The position numbers and the translations under genes were made by a program. The notes below the pieces were generated by a model. The model saw nothing but the letters and a program-made list of their open reading frames with translations. It had not been told where the DNA came from and ran no database searches. Below are positions 22,330 through 34,153 of a stretch of 55,070 nt of DNA, in pieces (within the stretch, counting starts at the first letter, position 1; every line of letters starts with the position of its first letter). The stretch is from the NCBI GenBank assembly GCA_016618085.1, contig JABLTG010000138.1:1-55070 (forward strand), written 5' to 3'. This stretch comes from Neovahlkampfia damariscottae (lineage: Eukaryota).

Positions 22330-22570
22330 TTCGGATTATCTGAATCATTTCCAATTCAAAGTGGAGTGAGACAAGGAGATATTTTATCACCTTTGCTATT
22401 TATCCTCTTTATACAAATGGTTTAGACCATTTAAAAATAAAAAATGGTTGTACATTAAGAACACAGAATAGAACTACCATAAAAGCAGCTGCATTTGCAG
22501 ACGATATGCTACTGATGAGTAATCGATTGGATAATGTAAATAGAATGGCAACATTCTTAGACCACTACAC
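22330..22570 (+). mobile_element. Degenerate non-LTR (LINE-type) reverse transcriptase fragment
   Basis: FGLSESFPIQSGVRQGDILSPLLF, a frameshift, then IKAAAFADDMLL. Confidence 0.85.
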
Positions 22571-22895
22571 AATCACAGCAAAAACTCGAAATACTCAAAG
22601 ATGTAATTATAAGTTGGAATCAACGTTGCAAAATAGTAATAGATGATGTTAGATACGCAAGCTTTAGCAATGTCAACGGTCTGTTAACTTAAATGGTTTA
22701 GCCAATAAAATTTCGTTTTAAAAAAAAAGAAAAAAAACTTTAAGAATTTTTTTGCCTTTAACAATAGGAAATTGAGAATCGTTCACTTTCAACTTGCAGC
22801 TCAAACTTACAGTTTGAAGGATGTACAGAGAAAGATTTCCAAACTTCAATGCTTCCACCAAAAAGTCCATACAAAGCACAAATGGAAAAAAAAAG

Positions 22896-22966
22896 TGCGC
22901 CGACCGGGAATCGAACCCGGGCCATCAGCTTGGAAGGCTAACATCCTGCCACTAGACTATCGGCGC
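22896..22966 (-). tRNA. tRNA-Gly(TCC)
   Basis: Cloverleaf GCGCCGA...TTAGC-CTTCCAA-GCTGA...GGTTCGATTCC...; poly-T terminator follows. Confidence 0.95.
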
Positions 22967-23080
22967 TGTAGTTATGAAATGAAACTCATATGAGATAAAA
23001 AATGGAATGATGATACAAAAGGTGAAGAAAATCTGAAAATTGTTTGATTCATTTTGTGATCTTTTAAAAATTACAAAAAT

Positions 23081-24503
23081 TTATTTTTTAGTTGGTGTTT
23101 TCATTTGAATAACAGTTGAATTTCCAGCATCTTCACTGAATGGTGATTTACTTCCAACACCTTGAAATTCAAATTCTTTAAATGGATCATCTTCATTTGT
23201 TTCTTTTTTGTCTTCCTTTGAATTTACCTCCTCAACAAGTTCATTGTCTTTAAATTTTCTAAAGTTACTTGTATCCAAAGCATTTTTGATTACTGGAATA
23301 ATAGGTGGTGACATATTTCTTAACAACGGAAATTTAATATTTTTGAAAAATGGATGTTCTTTAATATCAGCAGCTCCACATTTACAACCAAGTCTAAAAA
23401 GTGTGAAAAAAAAAACTTGAGTTTACCTTTTTTTTGTGTCTGCAATCAAGAGTTTTTTTATAAGATCTTTTGCTTCTTTTGAAACATTTGGTTCATCAGG
23501 AAAAATTAATTTTTTTGTGAGAATTGAATTAAAAGTATCATTTTGAGTAGAACCTTTAAAAGGTGTTTTACCGTACTTTAAATAGTTAAAAAAATGATTT
23601 CTTTTTTACCAGCATTTCAAAAAGAAAAATACCAAAACACCACCAATCTACTGAAGAAGAATGACCATAACCTGTAATAACTTCAGGAGCAATATATTCT
23701 TCAGTACCTTAAAGAAAGTTTAATTTTTAAGTTTTTCTTACCAACAAATGAGTTAAATTCTTGAATTTGTTTTGTTTGAATTTTTGCATTTTTCATATCA
23801 CTCATGAAACCTTTAATCAATTGAGGATCCAAAGTTGTAATAGTTTGTTTGGATAGATCAAAATCTGATAATCTAATATGACCTGAACTATGTAAAAGTA
23901 AATTTTCAGGTTTTAAATCTCTTTAAAGTTTAGATTTTCTCTTTTTATTTTTACCTATAAATGAAACCTTTGAAATGTAAATATTCCAAAGCCAATAACA
24001 CTTCAGCTGAATAAAATTTTACAGCATTTTCTGGAAGTCTTTTCTTTGGTTGTTTTTGTAACATTCTGAAAAATTCACCACCTATAAGAAAGAGAAAAGG
24101 ATTTTAAAAATTATGAAACTTAATACCTGCACAGTATTCCATAATAAGACAAAGTTCTTTAGTTGTTTGAAATGAACAATAAAGAGGTACGATAAAAGGA
24201 TGGTCAGCTGTTGCAAGAATTTCTCTTTCAGTGAGTACTCTTTTGATTTTATTTCTTTTAATCATGTCCTCTTTTGCTAAAACTTTCATGGCAAAATATT
24301 TTTCGGTTTCTTTGAGACGGACCAAATATACTTTGGATTAGGTGAGTTTGAATGAAATTACCTTTTCCAACGTCTCCTTTGCCGAGTAGCTTGATTTTTT
24401 CGAAATCATTAGCACCAAGACCCCTCAAAGTTTCAACAGTTACCTTTGTTTCTTTAAGTCTACCTTCTTCAACTATCAATTTGTTGTCTTGTATTAAAGA
24501 CAT
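23081..24503 (-). CDS. AGC kinase of the Fpk1/Kin82/Nrc-2 (phototropin-kinase-like) group (~6 introns)
   Basis: [44 protein letters not shown] signature, [13 protein letters not shown]. Confidence 0.9.
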
Positions 24504-24801
24504 AGCTACAATTGATTTTGCCGAAAAGTAGTTAAGAATGTGATTGGTGGAAAAAGAAATTTTTTAAATTGATTTTTATTCAATTTTTCATGAAAGAAAA
24601 ATGAATATTCAGTCTTCCAAATCGGGCAAGAAAGAAAATTCCGATTGGTTAAAAATAAAAATCAAACATTCAAACTACTGAAGGACTTTTTCAAAGTTCA
24701 TTCAAATAACGAAAAGAATTCAGATTGAGTACTTACTTGGAGTGTGGTTTATTGATCCAATCAAAATCGACTAAATTCAACCAATCGAAAACCTTCAATT
24801 T

Positions 24802-26931
24802 ATGACTGAGAGTGAAGAAGATAAACCTTTATCACCAGAACTGTGGGGCGAAAAAGTTGAACGATATTCAAGGGTAACTACTTTTAATTTTTTAATATTC
24901 TCAGAGAGAAAATATTGGTTCTGGTGCATTCAAAGCAGTGTAAGAAATAATCTTCGTTAATTTGTTTGTAGTTTCAAAGCTTATGATGATGAAGAAGGAA
25001 CAGAAGTTGCTTGGAATCAAATAAAAATAACCAACGTCGGAAAAATAAATAAACAAAAAATTTTAGGAGAAATAACGATACTTGAACAATTAGAGAATCA
25101 AAATATTATAAAAATCTTTGATTCTTGGGAATCTCCCAATGGTCACTTAATTTTTATTACAGAAATAATGTCTTCAGGAACTTTAAAACAATTTATACAA
25201 AAATCAAAAAGAGTTAGGTTGAAAACGATAAAAAAATGGTGCAAACAAATACTTTCTGGTTTGGAGTATCTTCATAGTCGTGAAACACCTATAATTCATC
25301 GCGATATCAAATGCGACAATATTTTTTTAAACGGTAATTTTTACAACATCTTCTTATTATTTAGGAAACAAAGGAGAAGTAAAAATAGGTGATTTAGGTC
25401 TTTCTATATGTATGAAAGATAAAAAATTTGCTAGTTCTGTTATTGGAACTCCTGAATTTATGGCTCCAGAACAATATGAAGAATTTTATGACGAAAAAGT
25501 TGATATATATGCCTTTGGTAAATAATTCAATTTATTTTAAAAAATTAAAAAGGAATGTGTGTTTTGGAAATGGTTACTGGTGATTATCCGTATAGTGAGT
25601 GTGAAAATGCAGCTCAAGTCTATCGTAGAGTAACACAAGTAAACAAACACTTTTTTTTTTTTAAAAGACTATGTAAATAGGGTATAATGCCACAAGGTTT
25701 GAAGAAAATTAAAAACAAATTTGTTCGTGAATTCATTGGTTTATGTTTATCTGATAAAACACAAAGACCTTCAGCAACTGAACTCTTAAGACATCCATTT
25801 ATGCAAGTTACACAAGAAGATGATGAAATTATTTTTTCTTTGGCCACAGATGAGTTACAAGTTCAAACTGTACGTTCAAGAGGAAATTCCACAGTCAAAG
25901 AACCTACAAAACCAAATTCTCAATCAAGTAATAAAACAGAAGCAAAAACTCCTGTCCAAGAGAAAGAAGATGATAAAAAACAATTTGAACCAAAAACAGT
26001 AGTACCAAAAGTACAAGAAGCAACTGTGACAAAAAAAATAACCAAACCAATACCAAAGACAGTTGAACCAAATTCAAGTGATAATTCTGGATTTAAAGTA
26101 GAGATAGTTGATAGAAAAGGAGCTGAACTAGATTTAAAACTTTTTCTTCGTCTTAATGGATTAGAAAAGGCGATTGAGTTTCCTTTTAGTCTTCAAACTG
26201 ATACACCAGAGATTGTTGCTCAAGAAATGGCTTCAGAGTTAGCAATGGAAGAACAAGATTGGATTGGTGTCTCTGATGCAATAAAATTTGCTTTAGAAAA
26301 AGCAGCAAAAGAAATAGAAGCAGAAAAACAAGAAGCAAAAAAAAAACAAGAAAAAACAGAAACAGAAAAAGAAGAAACACAAACTCAAGAAGAACGACTT
26401 GTTCTTGAAGAATTACCAGAAGAAATTAATTTTTATGAAGCGTTAAAATCACAAGTACCAAGTGAAAATGTTGATGCAATTAAACTGGCTTATGAAGCTT
26501 TATTAAAGAAACATCGACTGGAAAGAGAAAATTTTTATCAATTTGCTGGTTTGAATACAACGAAACAACAAGTTCAAACAAATACAACTACCAATACATC
26601 TTCTTCACCAACTAAAAATGGAAAATTAAAACAACTTGATGAAACATTATCAAATGGAAGTTCATCACCTTCAAAAAGTATCAATCATGATAAATTTGAA
26701 AAATCAGAACAGGAGGATTTTGAATCAAAAGATTATCTTGGATATGTTGGTTCATTATCAACAACTTTATTACCTGATAATCAAATCAAATCAGTTAAAA
26801 GTGTAAAAGCATCAATTGATGAAGATATTCATGAATTAATGGTACAAAAAGATAAAAGTCAATTTTCAACTTTTAAAGCATCTCCAGAGGAATCTTTTGA
26901 AAATCATCAAGATGGTGATGAAAAATTCTAA
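24802..26931 (+). CDS. WNK: WNK kinase (5 introns)
   Basis: [62 protein letters not shown]-like [19 protein letters not shown]. Confidence 0.93.
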
Positions 26932-26946
26932 ACAGAAATGTGTAAA

Positions 26947-27960
26947 TTAAAATTTATTTGAATATAATCTTCTTGCTGCTTCTAAAACATGTTGTGGTTG
27001 TAATGGTTTCTTTGATGTTGTTTGTGGTTGTATAAAATCATCATTTTGTTCATCAAAATTTATTAATCTTTCTTTCATTTCTTCTGTTATAATTCCTAAT
27101 GTAGTTCCAATTTTTAAAAATTGTAAATCATTAGATTTTAATTCCATATCTTTTTTGACAATTAAACTTGTTTGAGTTAATAATCCAACATATTCATATG
27201 CTAAATATGCTAATAATTCAAGTGCTTTCTCTTGAAGAGGAAAATCAAATTTTATCCATTCTTTAAATTTTTCTAAATTTGCAGCGAATGAAACTTCTTT
27301 ACATTTATTGAAATCTGATATTTCTTCTAAGGTCATATCTCTTGTAATTAAATCACTTATGATATGTTTATTCATATCATGTTCATCTAAAATATTATCA
27401 TTACTTTCTTCTTCATCAGAAATATCTTCAAAAAGTGGTTCATTGGTTCTTTTTCTTTTATGACCTGAAAAATTATATTTTACATTTCCATATTCTTTAA
27501 GTTTTAAAAACTTTTCAATTCTGATTATTTTTTTAGGCTCTTTTCTAAAAAGAAACATTACATCCTGAATTTCAATTTGAATTCCATCTCTCAATGGTGT
27601 TATTTCATCTCTTGTTTTTGAGTACTTTTCAGTTTTTAAAATATTTAATAAACTTACAATTTCTACTATTTTTAACTTCAAGTAATTCTCCATGTATCGA
27701 ACTGTATCTTCTCTTGGATTTCTAATTTCACCAAAGGTATACATCTATCATTTAGTTATTACAATAAATACTATTTTTGAAATTTCTTCTGAAAATGAAA
27801 TTTCTGGTAAAGTAGATTCTGAAATTTGTACTTGTCTTGTTTTTGGTGTTCTAGATGATTTTTCGTCTTTTTTAGTCAATCCATTTTTTTGTTGTTTTTT
27901 TTTTTGACGATCTGAACTTGTTGATATTTTTTTGTTTTTTGTTTGACTACTTCTTCTCAT
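26947..27960 (-). CDS. SPT3: SAGA subunit Spt3 (1 intron)
   Basis: EEISK|MYTFGE, DLITRDMTLEE, LELLAYLAYEYVGLLTQTSL, PLQPQHVLEAARR. Confidence 0.85.
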
Positions 27961-28013
27961 TCAAGTTTTTTTCACAAGTAAAATAATTTGACCAATAAAA
28001 AATAAAGTAGTTT

Positions 28014-29234
28014 TTATTCATTCACATCAATAGATTCTTTTTTTTCAATTGCTTCAGTTTGTTTTTTTTCATGCTCTTTAATATTAACCTCTTCAACTGT
28101 TGATTTTTCTTCTGTTGTGAATGCATATAATTCAACAGCATAAATCATAAAATCTTCGTCTTCTTTTGAAAGTTGTTCATTATCAAAAGTTTTACAACGA
28201 TGACTTGATCCAAAACTAAATTCATTATCAATCCATAAACCAAAATTTCCACCTCCTCCAAAAGCAAGACATTCATTTTTTGAAAATTGAAAGAATGTAT
28301 TCTTTTTAGACCATGAATACTTTTTAAATTCAGGCTTTAATTCAAATAAAAAACACTTCAAAATTAAAAAAAAGACAAAATTCATACTTGACCATCTCCG
28401 TAATATTTTTGTTGTAATTTCCAAGTCTCTGGAGCAAACCCACCAAACACTTCACCTTCATCAGTTTTTATTACTAAAATTGTTTCATGATGATCTTTTG
28501 CTTTTTCAAAAAAAGTAATCAACGAAATTCCATCTTGTCTTGTGTCAAACAGAAGTTCAAAATTTTTCAATTTACAAATATTAGGCAAAGCCCCATGAAT
28601 CTTAAAAATTTTAAACAGAAAGAAAATTACATTGAAAGTATCTTCATCAGTCAACAAAGATTCATATTCATTATTTTCTGGGCGTATAATTTTTGGTTGG
28701 AAGTTTTTTAAAATTGTAGCATCTACTGAAATCTTTGGTGACTCTTGAGTATTGGTTTCTAAAACATCATTTGTTGTTGTTGATGTTGGTGTTGGTGTAG
28801 TTGTTGTTGATTCTGATTTTTTTTCTCCGGTCTCTATACTTGAAGTTGAATTTTTTTGTTCTAATTTTTTGTTTTTATACTTATTTACTTCTTCAAGTTC
28901 TGGATATTTTAATGCTGCTGCTTGAATTAAGCCATGAAGTCGAACTGAAATTTGACCTAAAGTTGTATGTGTTAAAAGTAATTTTCTTTTTGATTCAGTT
29001 AAGGTTTCAGTTGCTTTTTTAATTTTAAATTCATCACATACTTTTTCTAATTCTTTTATTTCTGAGTTCAAATGATCTATTTTTTTGCCAACTTCAGTTT
29101 GGTTTTTTAATAATTCTTCAATTGATTTTTCATATTCTTGGACAATATTTCCAAGGGTTTGATACATTGAAATTGAAAAACCTATTAAAATTTAATTTAT
29201 TTTTTTCTCTTTGACTTTTTGTTGGTTCTTGCAT
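28014..29234 (-). CDS. Snapin/Pallidin-like coiled coil fused to a TLDc domain (3 introns)
   Basis: TLDc: LLFDTRQDGISLITFF, GEVFGGF, YYGDG, LAFGGGGNFGLWID; N-terminal Snapin-like helix pattern. Confidence 0.75.
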
Positions 29235-29284
29235 TTTATTTTTTCGTTTGAAGATTTTGACCAATAAAAAACTTTTTTAAAAAA

Positions 29285-29956
29285 ATGACAGAAGAAACGT
29301 CAAACGAAGAAACTGAAAAGTATTCTGATGAAACTATATACATGGAGCAATATGCTGATATACCAAATGAGGAAGATGAAAAACAGGAAAACGAAGAAAT
29401 CCAAGAATCAGATTTTGAAAAACACAAATTTGTCAAATTCTTGATTCTCTTTTGTCAAAAAATAGAATTTATTCGATTTGGTTTATCTGGTTCAATTGGA
29501 ACCGTTTTGTTTTATATTTTTTACGAACTTTTGTATCGAATAAATCCAGTGGAAGCAAATAAAGCAACTACAACTTGGGCAGTTTCATACTTGGCTTCTA
29601 TCATCTGGCAACATGCTCTTCATAGATATTTAGTTTTTGGATGGAAAGGAACTTCATATTTTGGAACTTTATTTTGGACATATATTTCTTATTCATTATC
29701 CATTGTTATGTCTCCTGTTATAATTTATATTATTGTTGATAAAATGGGTGTTGATTATAGAATTGGTTGGTTTATTAGTTTATGTGCTACTGGTGTGTTT
29801 AATTACATTACTTTGTCAATGGCAAATCAAAAAGAAAGAGAGAAAGATTTAGTGGAAGTCATGAATTTTAAACTTGGTTACATTATACAGAATTCTATTG
29901 AAAAAAAGGATATTGAAGCTCAAGTTGATAAAATTGAAGAATTGAAAGGTGATTAA
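29285..29956 (+). CDS. GtrA-family 4-TM protein
   Basis: FIRFGLSGSIGT...VSYLASIIWQHALHRYLVF...FNY. Confidence 0.7.
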   Translation: MTEETSNEETEKYSDETIYMEQYADIPNEEDEKQENEEIQESDFEKHKFVKFLILFCQKIEFIRFGLSGSIGTVLFYIFYELLYRINPVEANKATTTWAVSYLASIIWQHALHRYLVFGWKGTSYFGTLFWTYISYSLSIVMSPVIIYIIVDKMGVDYRIGWFISLCATGVFNYITLSMANQKEREKDLVEVMNFKLGYIIQNSIEKKDIEAQVDKIEELKGD

Positions 29957-29994
29957 AAATTAATTTTCCAGTTATTATTGGAATGAAAGAAATT

Positions 29995-30915
29995 TTATTT
30001 TTTAAGATTATTTTTTAAAAAATCTTCAATTGATTGTAATTTGACATTTGGATAATCAACTTCATTTGTTGGTTCTGAAAAAACAGTGTTTCTGAAATAA
30101 ATTGATCTTTGAGCTTTTAATGCCATAATTTCAAAGAAAGAGGAAGACTTTGTAATTGCTGCTTCTAATTCTTCTTCAGTCACAACTTTCTTTTCTACTT
30201 TTTTTCCAGTGATATTTTCATAGATTTCAATTACTTTATTAGCAGTGATGGATCCTGAAGCAATAGAAACTAATTTACCAATTTTACTTTCATCATTTAA
30301 AATATATGGAACAAGTTTTGCAATATCAAAAGTTGAAGTAGCATAGAATTTTTGATTCCCATCTCCATAGAATGTGACTTGATTTGAAGGTAAATTCAAA
30401 CCAAGAAAATCAGATAAGACAGCATATTCTAAAAACGCATTGCTTAAAACAGCGATAAAAGGTACATCACTTTTTCTCAATATTTCCAAAGTTACTCTGT
30501 TGGCATCTGCAATTGGATTTTCACCTTCTTTGACAAAATCAGGATTGAACATTGACCATATTGATGGAATGATTAATTTAACATTTTTACTTTTTTTTGA
30601 AGCATTGATTATTGTTTGATGAATCGAAGGATCTCCTTGATGAGCACAAACAATTGCATCAACATCTTTTAGAATTTCAGAGAGTGATTGTTCATCTGAT
30701 AAATCACCAACGATCACTTTTCCTCCAAGGTTGACAAGTTTTTTAATTGATTCTTTTTCTATTGATTCTTTTCTTACTAATAAACTGATATTTTCTCCGA
30801 AGTTGATGAGAGCTTCTGCAATTTTACTTCCTAAGTTTCCTGATGGGCCTGTAACTAATACGTTCTATAGGTTAATGTTGTGAAAGGTCCTTACTTTGTA
30901 GAGATGCGTTGTCAT
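29995..30915 (-). CDS. NmrA/isoflavone-reductase-like NAD(P)-binding protein (1 intron)
   Basis: Upstream exon VLVTGPSGNLGSKI; IVGDL; FYGDGNQK..TSTFDIAK. Confidence 0.85.
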
Positions 30916-31137
30916 TGGTTTTTTTTTGGGTTGATAATTCCAGTTGGAGAACTCCGAATTTATAACCAACCGGAGTTTCCTCGCATTCCTATTGGTCATT
31001 GACTCCGAAAAAAAAATCTTATTTTGAACTTTTTCGAACGATTTTCACTGGAAATTGAAATGTACTAAATTTGGCGAGTAGCCATTTTAGGTAGAAATTC
31101 AATTTTAAAGAAAATTATATTCATAATATTTGATTGT

Positions 31138-32907
31138 TTATTCATCATCAAAATCTTCATCAAACTCCAACTCAAATTCAACATCAGAATCATCTAAATT
31201 CAATTCTTCTTCTTTGTCAATCAAACTCAATTTTTCCAGTTCTTGTTGATGAAACAATTGAATATCTTCAACAGAAAACTCATCACCTTTTCCAACATGT
31301 TCAAAATCTAATATCCACTGAATCACTTTGGAATCTAACAATTCTAACCTAAAAGGAAGTACTTCATGTGATTTAAGTCTATTATAATCATATCCAAGGT
31401 TCATAAAGTATTCTAAATCTTTGATGGTTGCTGATTGGATTAAAACCTGTTTCAAAATAAAGGTATCAAATCCTTCTGTTTTCAAAATTCTGTCAATTTG
31501 ATAATCCGAATTCTCAATCAATTCTTTAAAGACTGTTATCGATTTTAGTGATATCTTGAGAAATATTTCATCAAATTCATCACAATTCAAGTTTATTCCT
31601 TTCAAAAGTGGCAAATCGGTTCTTTTTGTATCATAAGGATGGTGCATTAGATATTTATAGAAAAAGTCCCAAACCCAATTTTTTTTTTGTTTGTAAGATT
31701 CTTCAAAAATCCCAGTTTTGTCAATAAAATGAATCAAATCAGGAAATTCAACTGATTTGATTTTTGAAAATGGAAAATTCAGTACCTGCTGAATATCAAA
31801 GAAATTTTGAAGTGGTTCTTTCAATACATATTCATATTTTATCAGTGAATCGATTCTATCATTGTTGAATAGTTGTATCAAATGATCATTAAATTCATTT
31901 TTGATCAATGAAATGTTGAATCCTTTTGTCATCAAATGTCGAACTATATCACATTTTGAGTTCATTTTTAATATTAAAATCATAAAAGGTTTCATATTCG
32001 GGTGATGAAGTATTCTGATAGGATCATATCCAGTTTCAATGAACGTTAGGAAAAATGAAGAATTTTTTTCAATTAAATTGATCATTTTCTCGTCCATTTC
32101 TGGAATATTTAAATCAATAAATGCATCAATTCCAATAGTTTTAAGATTTTCAAGACCTATTGATGAGAAATTTTCAATTGTTTTGAATAACAACTCTTTG
32201 AAATCTAAATCTTTTTTCAAGTCCAAAACATCATATCCATTCAAACCTAATCCTTCAATGTCAATAAAGTCAGTGAAAAAGACTTTTTTATATTCTTCAC
32301 ATAAAAATTTCTTCAAAAATGGGCAACAAATGAAAAAATCTTTGAGCAAAGAGTTTTGTTGTCTTTTGATCGAATAAATTTCATAAATTCTACCCCAATT
32401 CAACTTTTTTTCATCAACATTTTTAACAGCTTCACAGATCAAATCTTTATCATTTGACCACATGGCACTGTAGAAAATAAACAAAAAATCCTTTTCAGTA
32501 GTTAAAAGTTCATTTTTTCCAAATTCAAAGAGACAATATCGTCTTCCACAATGAGAAAAAGGAACAGAAAATTTTTTTAAGCCATTTAATTCATTTTTAG
32601 TGAAGGTAAAGGCAGTCAAGTCTAATAATTTTATACCTCTGAAAAAGTCTAAATTAAAAGTAATGGTTTGTTGGATTCTCTCAAAAGCTTTTTCTAAAGA
32701 GGGTCGAAACTGTATCATTTCAAGGTTTTTAAAAGGTTTTATGACGTGTTTAAAATACCTTACATTTTTGACAAGCAGATGGGTAGTGGTTGTTGTAACA
32801 TATTTGTTCAAAAATCGATTGATTCCTCTGTAGGATAGTATTTGTGGCAGAAATGAGAGAATTTCTGTTAAGACGTCATTTGAGAGTTGGTTTTGGTTTT
32901 CCATCAT
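31138..32907 (-). CDS. Hypothetical protein with F-box-like N-terminus
   Basis: LSNDVLTEILSFLP; 589-aa intronless ORF. Confidence 0.6.
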   Translation of the reverse strand: MMENQNQLSNDVLTEILSFLPQILSYRGINRFLNKYVTTTTTHLLVKNVRYFKHVIKPFKNLEMIQFRPSLEKAFERIQQTITFNLDFFRGIKLLDLTAFTFTKNELNGLKKFSVPFSHCGRRYCLFEFGKNELLTTEKDFLFIFYSAMWSNDKDLICEAVKNVDEKKLNWGRIYEIYSIKRQQNSLLKDFFICCPFLKKFLCEEYKKVFFTDFIDIEGLGLNGYDVLDLKKDLDFKELLFKTIENFSSIGLENLKTIGIDAFIDLNIPEMDEKMINLIEKNSSFFLTFIETGYDPIRILHHPNMKPFMILILKMNSKCDIVRHLMTKGFNISLIKNEFNDHLIQLFNNDRIDSLIKYEYVLKEPLQNFFDIQQVLNFPFSKIKSVEFPDLIHFIDKTGIFEESYKQKKNWVWDFFYKYLMHHPYDTKRTDLPLLKGINLNCDEFDEIFLKISLKSITVFKELIENSDYQIDRILKTEGFDTFILKQVLIQSATIKDLEYFMNLGYDYNRLKSHEVLPFRLELLDSKVIQWILDFEHVGKGDEFSVEDIQLFHQQELEKLSLIDKEEELNLDDSDVEFELEFDEDFDDE

Positions 32908-33005
32908 GCAGTTGACAATTTTGATTGGTTATAAATTGATTTTCTTTTAAGTAAATTTTAACTAATTAAAATAATAAGCATACATTTATAATAATAAACA
33001 AGTAA

Positions 33006-33077
33006 GGGTGTTTAGCTCAGCGGTAGAGCAGTCGGCTGCAGTCCGATCGGTCCCTGGTTCAATTCCGGGAGTGCCCT
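33006..33077 (+). tRNA. tRNA-Cys(GCA)
   Basis: TAGCTCAGCGGTAGAGC D-arm, GTCGG-CTGCAGT-CCGAT anticodon arm, GGTTCAATTCC, U discriminator, T-run downstream. Confidence 0.92.
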
Positions 33078-33285
33078 CATCTTTTTTACCGTTGAAAAAC
33101 AAACCAATCAATTTCTTTTTATTTTTATCTGGGAGTTTGAAAAATGGAAAAAAAGAAAATGTTCATTTTATTTCACAGTTTTATCAAAAAAAAATGAATA
33201 AATAATTTCCTGTTGAAAACAGAAAAAAATTGACCAACCACATAACAGAATTTAGTTGTTTCAGAAAATTCAAAAAAAAGAAAAA

Positions 33286-34003
33286 ATGATTCTTGAACAA
33301 AAAGTTCTAAAAAAAAAAGAAGTTTTCCAATTAAAATCAGAGCATGTATTGCCAAAAGAAACAATAACTCCCGAACAAATGGTATTAAATCAATCAAAAA
33401 AAGAAAAAATAATTGATTCTTCAGTTTTTGCACTTTCAAAAAGAACTTTTAGCAGCAAATGTTGAACTTAACAAAACAAAAGAAGAGAATGTAAAATTAA
33501 AAAAACTACTACAAAATGCAGACCTTTCAAACAAATATCAAGATGAAGTATCAGTTGCAAAATTAAAAGCCTATGATACAATAATGACAATAGTTTCATG
33601 CACTTCAAAACGTGTTCTAGATGTTGAAGATACCAGGACTGTTATTTTTAAAGCTGGAAAATCTGAATTTGAAACAACAAAATATTTGGAAAATATGTGG
33701 AAAAAAATCACAAATTTCTCTGCATCCGCATCAACTTTGTTGAGAATTTTCCGCATAGATTTAGAGAAAAGTTGTTTGTTTAGAAAAATTGATCGTCTTG
33801 TAAAAGTAGAAAAAGAAGTCGCAGATGCTTTTGTAGAATTACTTTGCGAAAAACATCAACTCGATGCATCAACAGTGAAAACTAAAATTTTAACCAAAGG
33901 TACAAATATAAGATCAAAAAAAGTTGTCAATCCTTTGTCATTAGATTCAGAAGATTCAGAAATTAGCTCTGACAATGAGATTGACGTGAAAACAACTAAA
34001 TAA
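33286..34003 (+). CDS. Coiled-coil protein with possible BEN-like domain (intron ~33382-33424; start uncertain)
   Basis: A GT-AG intron joins two ORFs; C-terminal helical pattern. Confidence 0.5.
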
Positions 34004-34153
34004 AGGTGCTTGATGATTTTTGAATTTTTTTTTTTTTGGCCAAGTTCTAACTATGGCTTGTAACCTGTATTTTCAAAAAACTACGTCTTACGTTTTTGCT
34101 GATTTGAATCATAATGTTTCTGATTGGTCAAATAAAAGCGGTTAAAAAAATTG

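Noticed and set aside
22772..22993. 73-aa ORF ending RRPGIEPGPSAWKANILPLDYRR
   Set aside because: Antisense translation of the tRNA-Gly gene.
33008..33205. 65-aa ORF MFSSAVEQSAAVR
   Set aside because: Translation of the tRNA-Cys gene.
34050..34113. Minus-strand micro-ORF MIQISKN|VTSHS with a 27-nt GT-AG intron
   Set aside because: Too short to distinguish from chance in AT-rich DNA.
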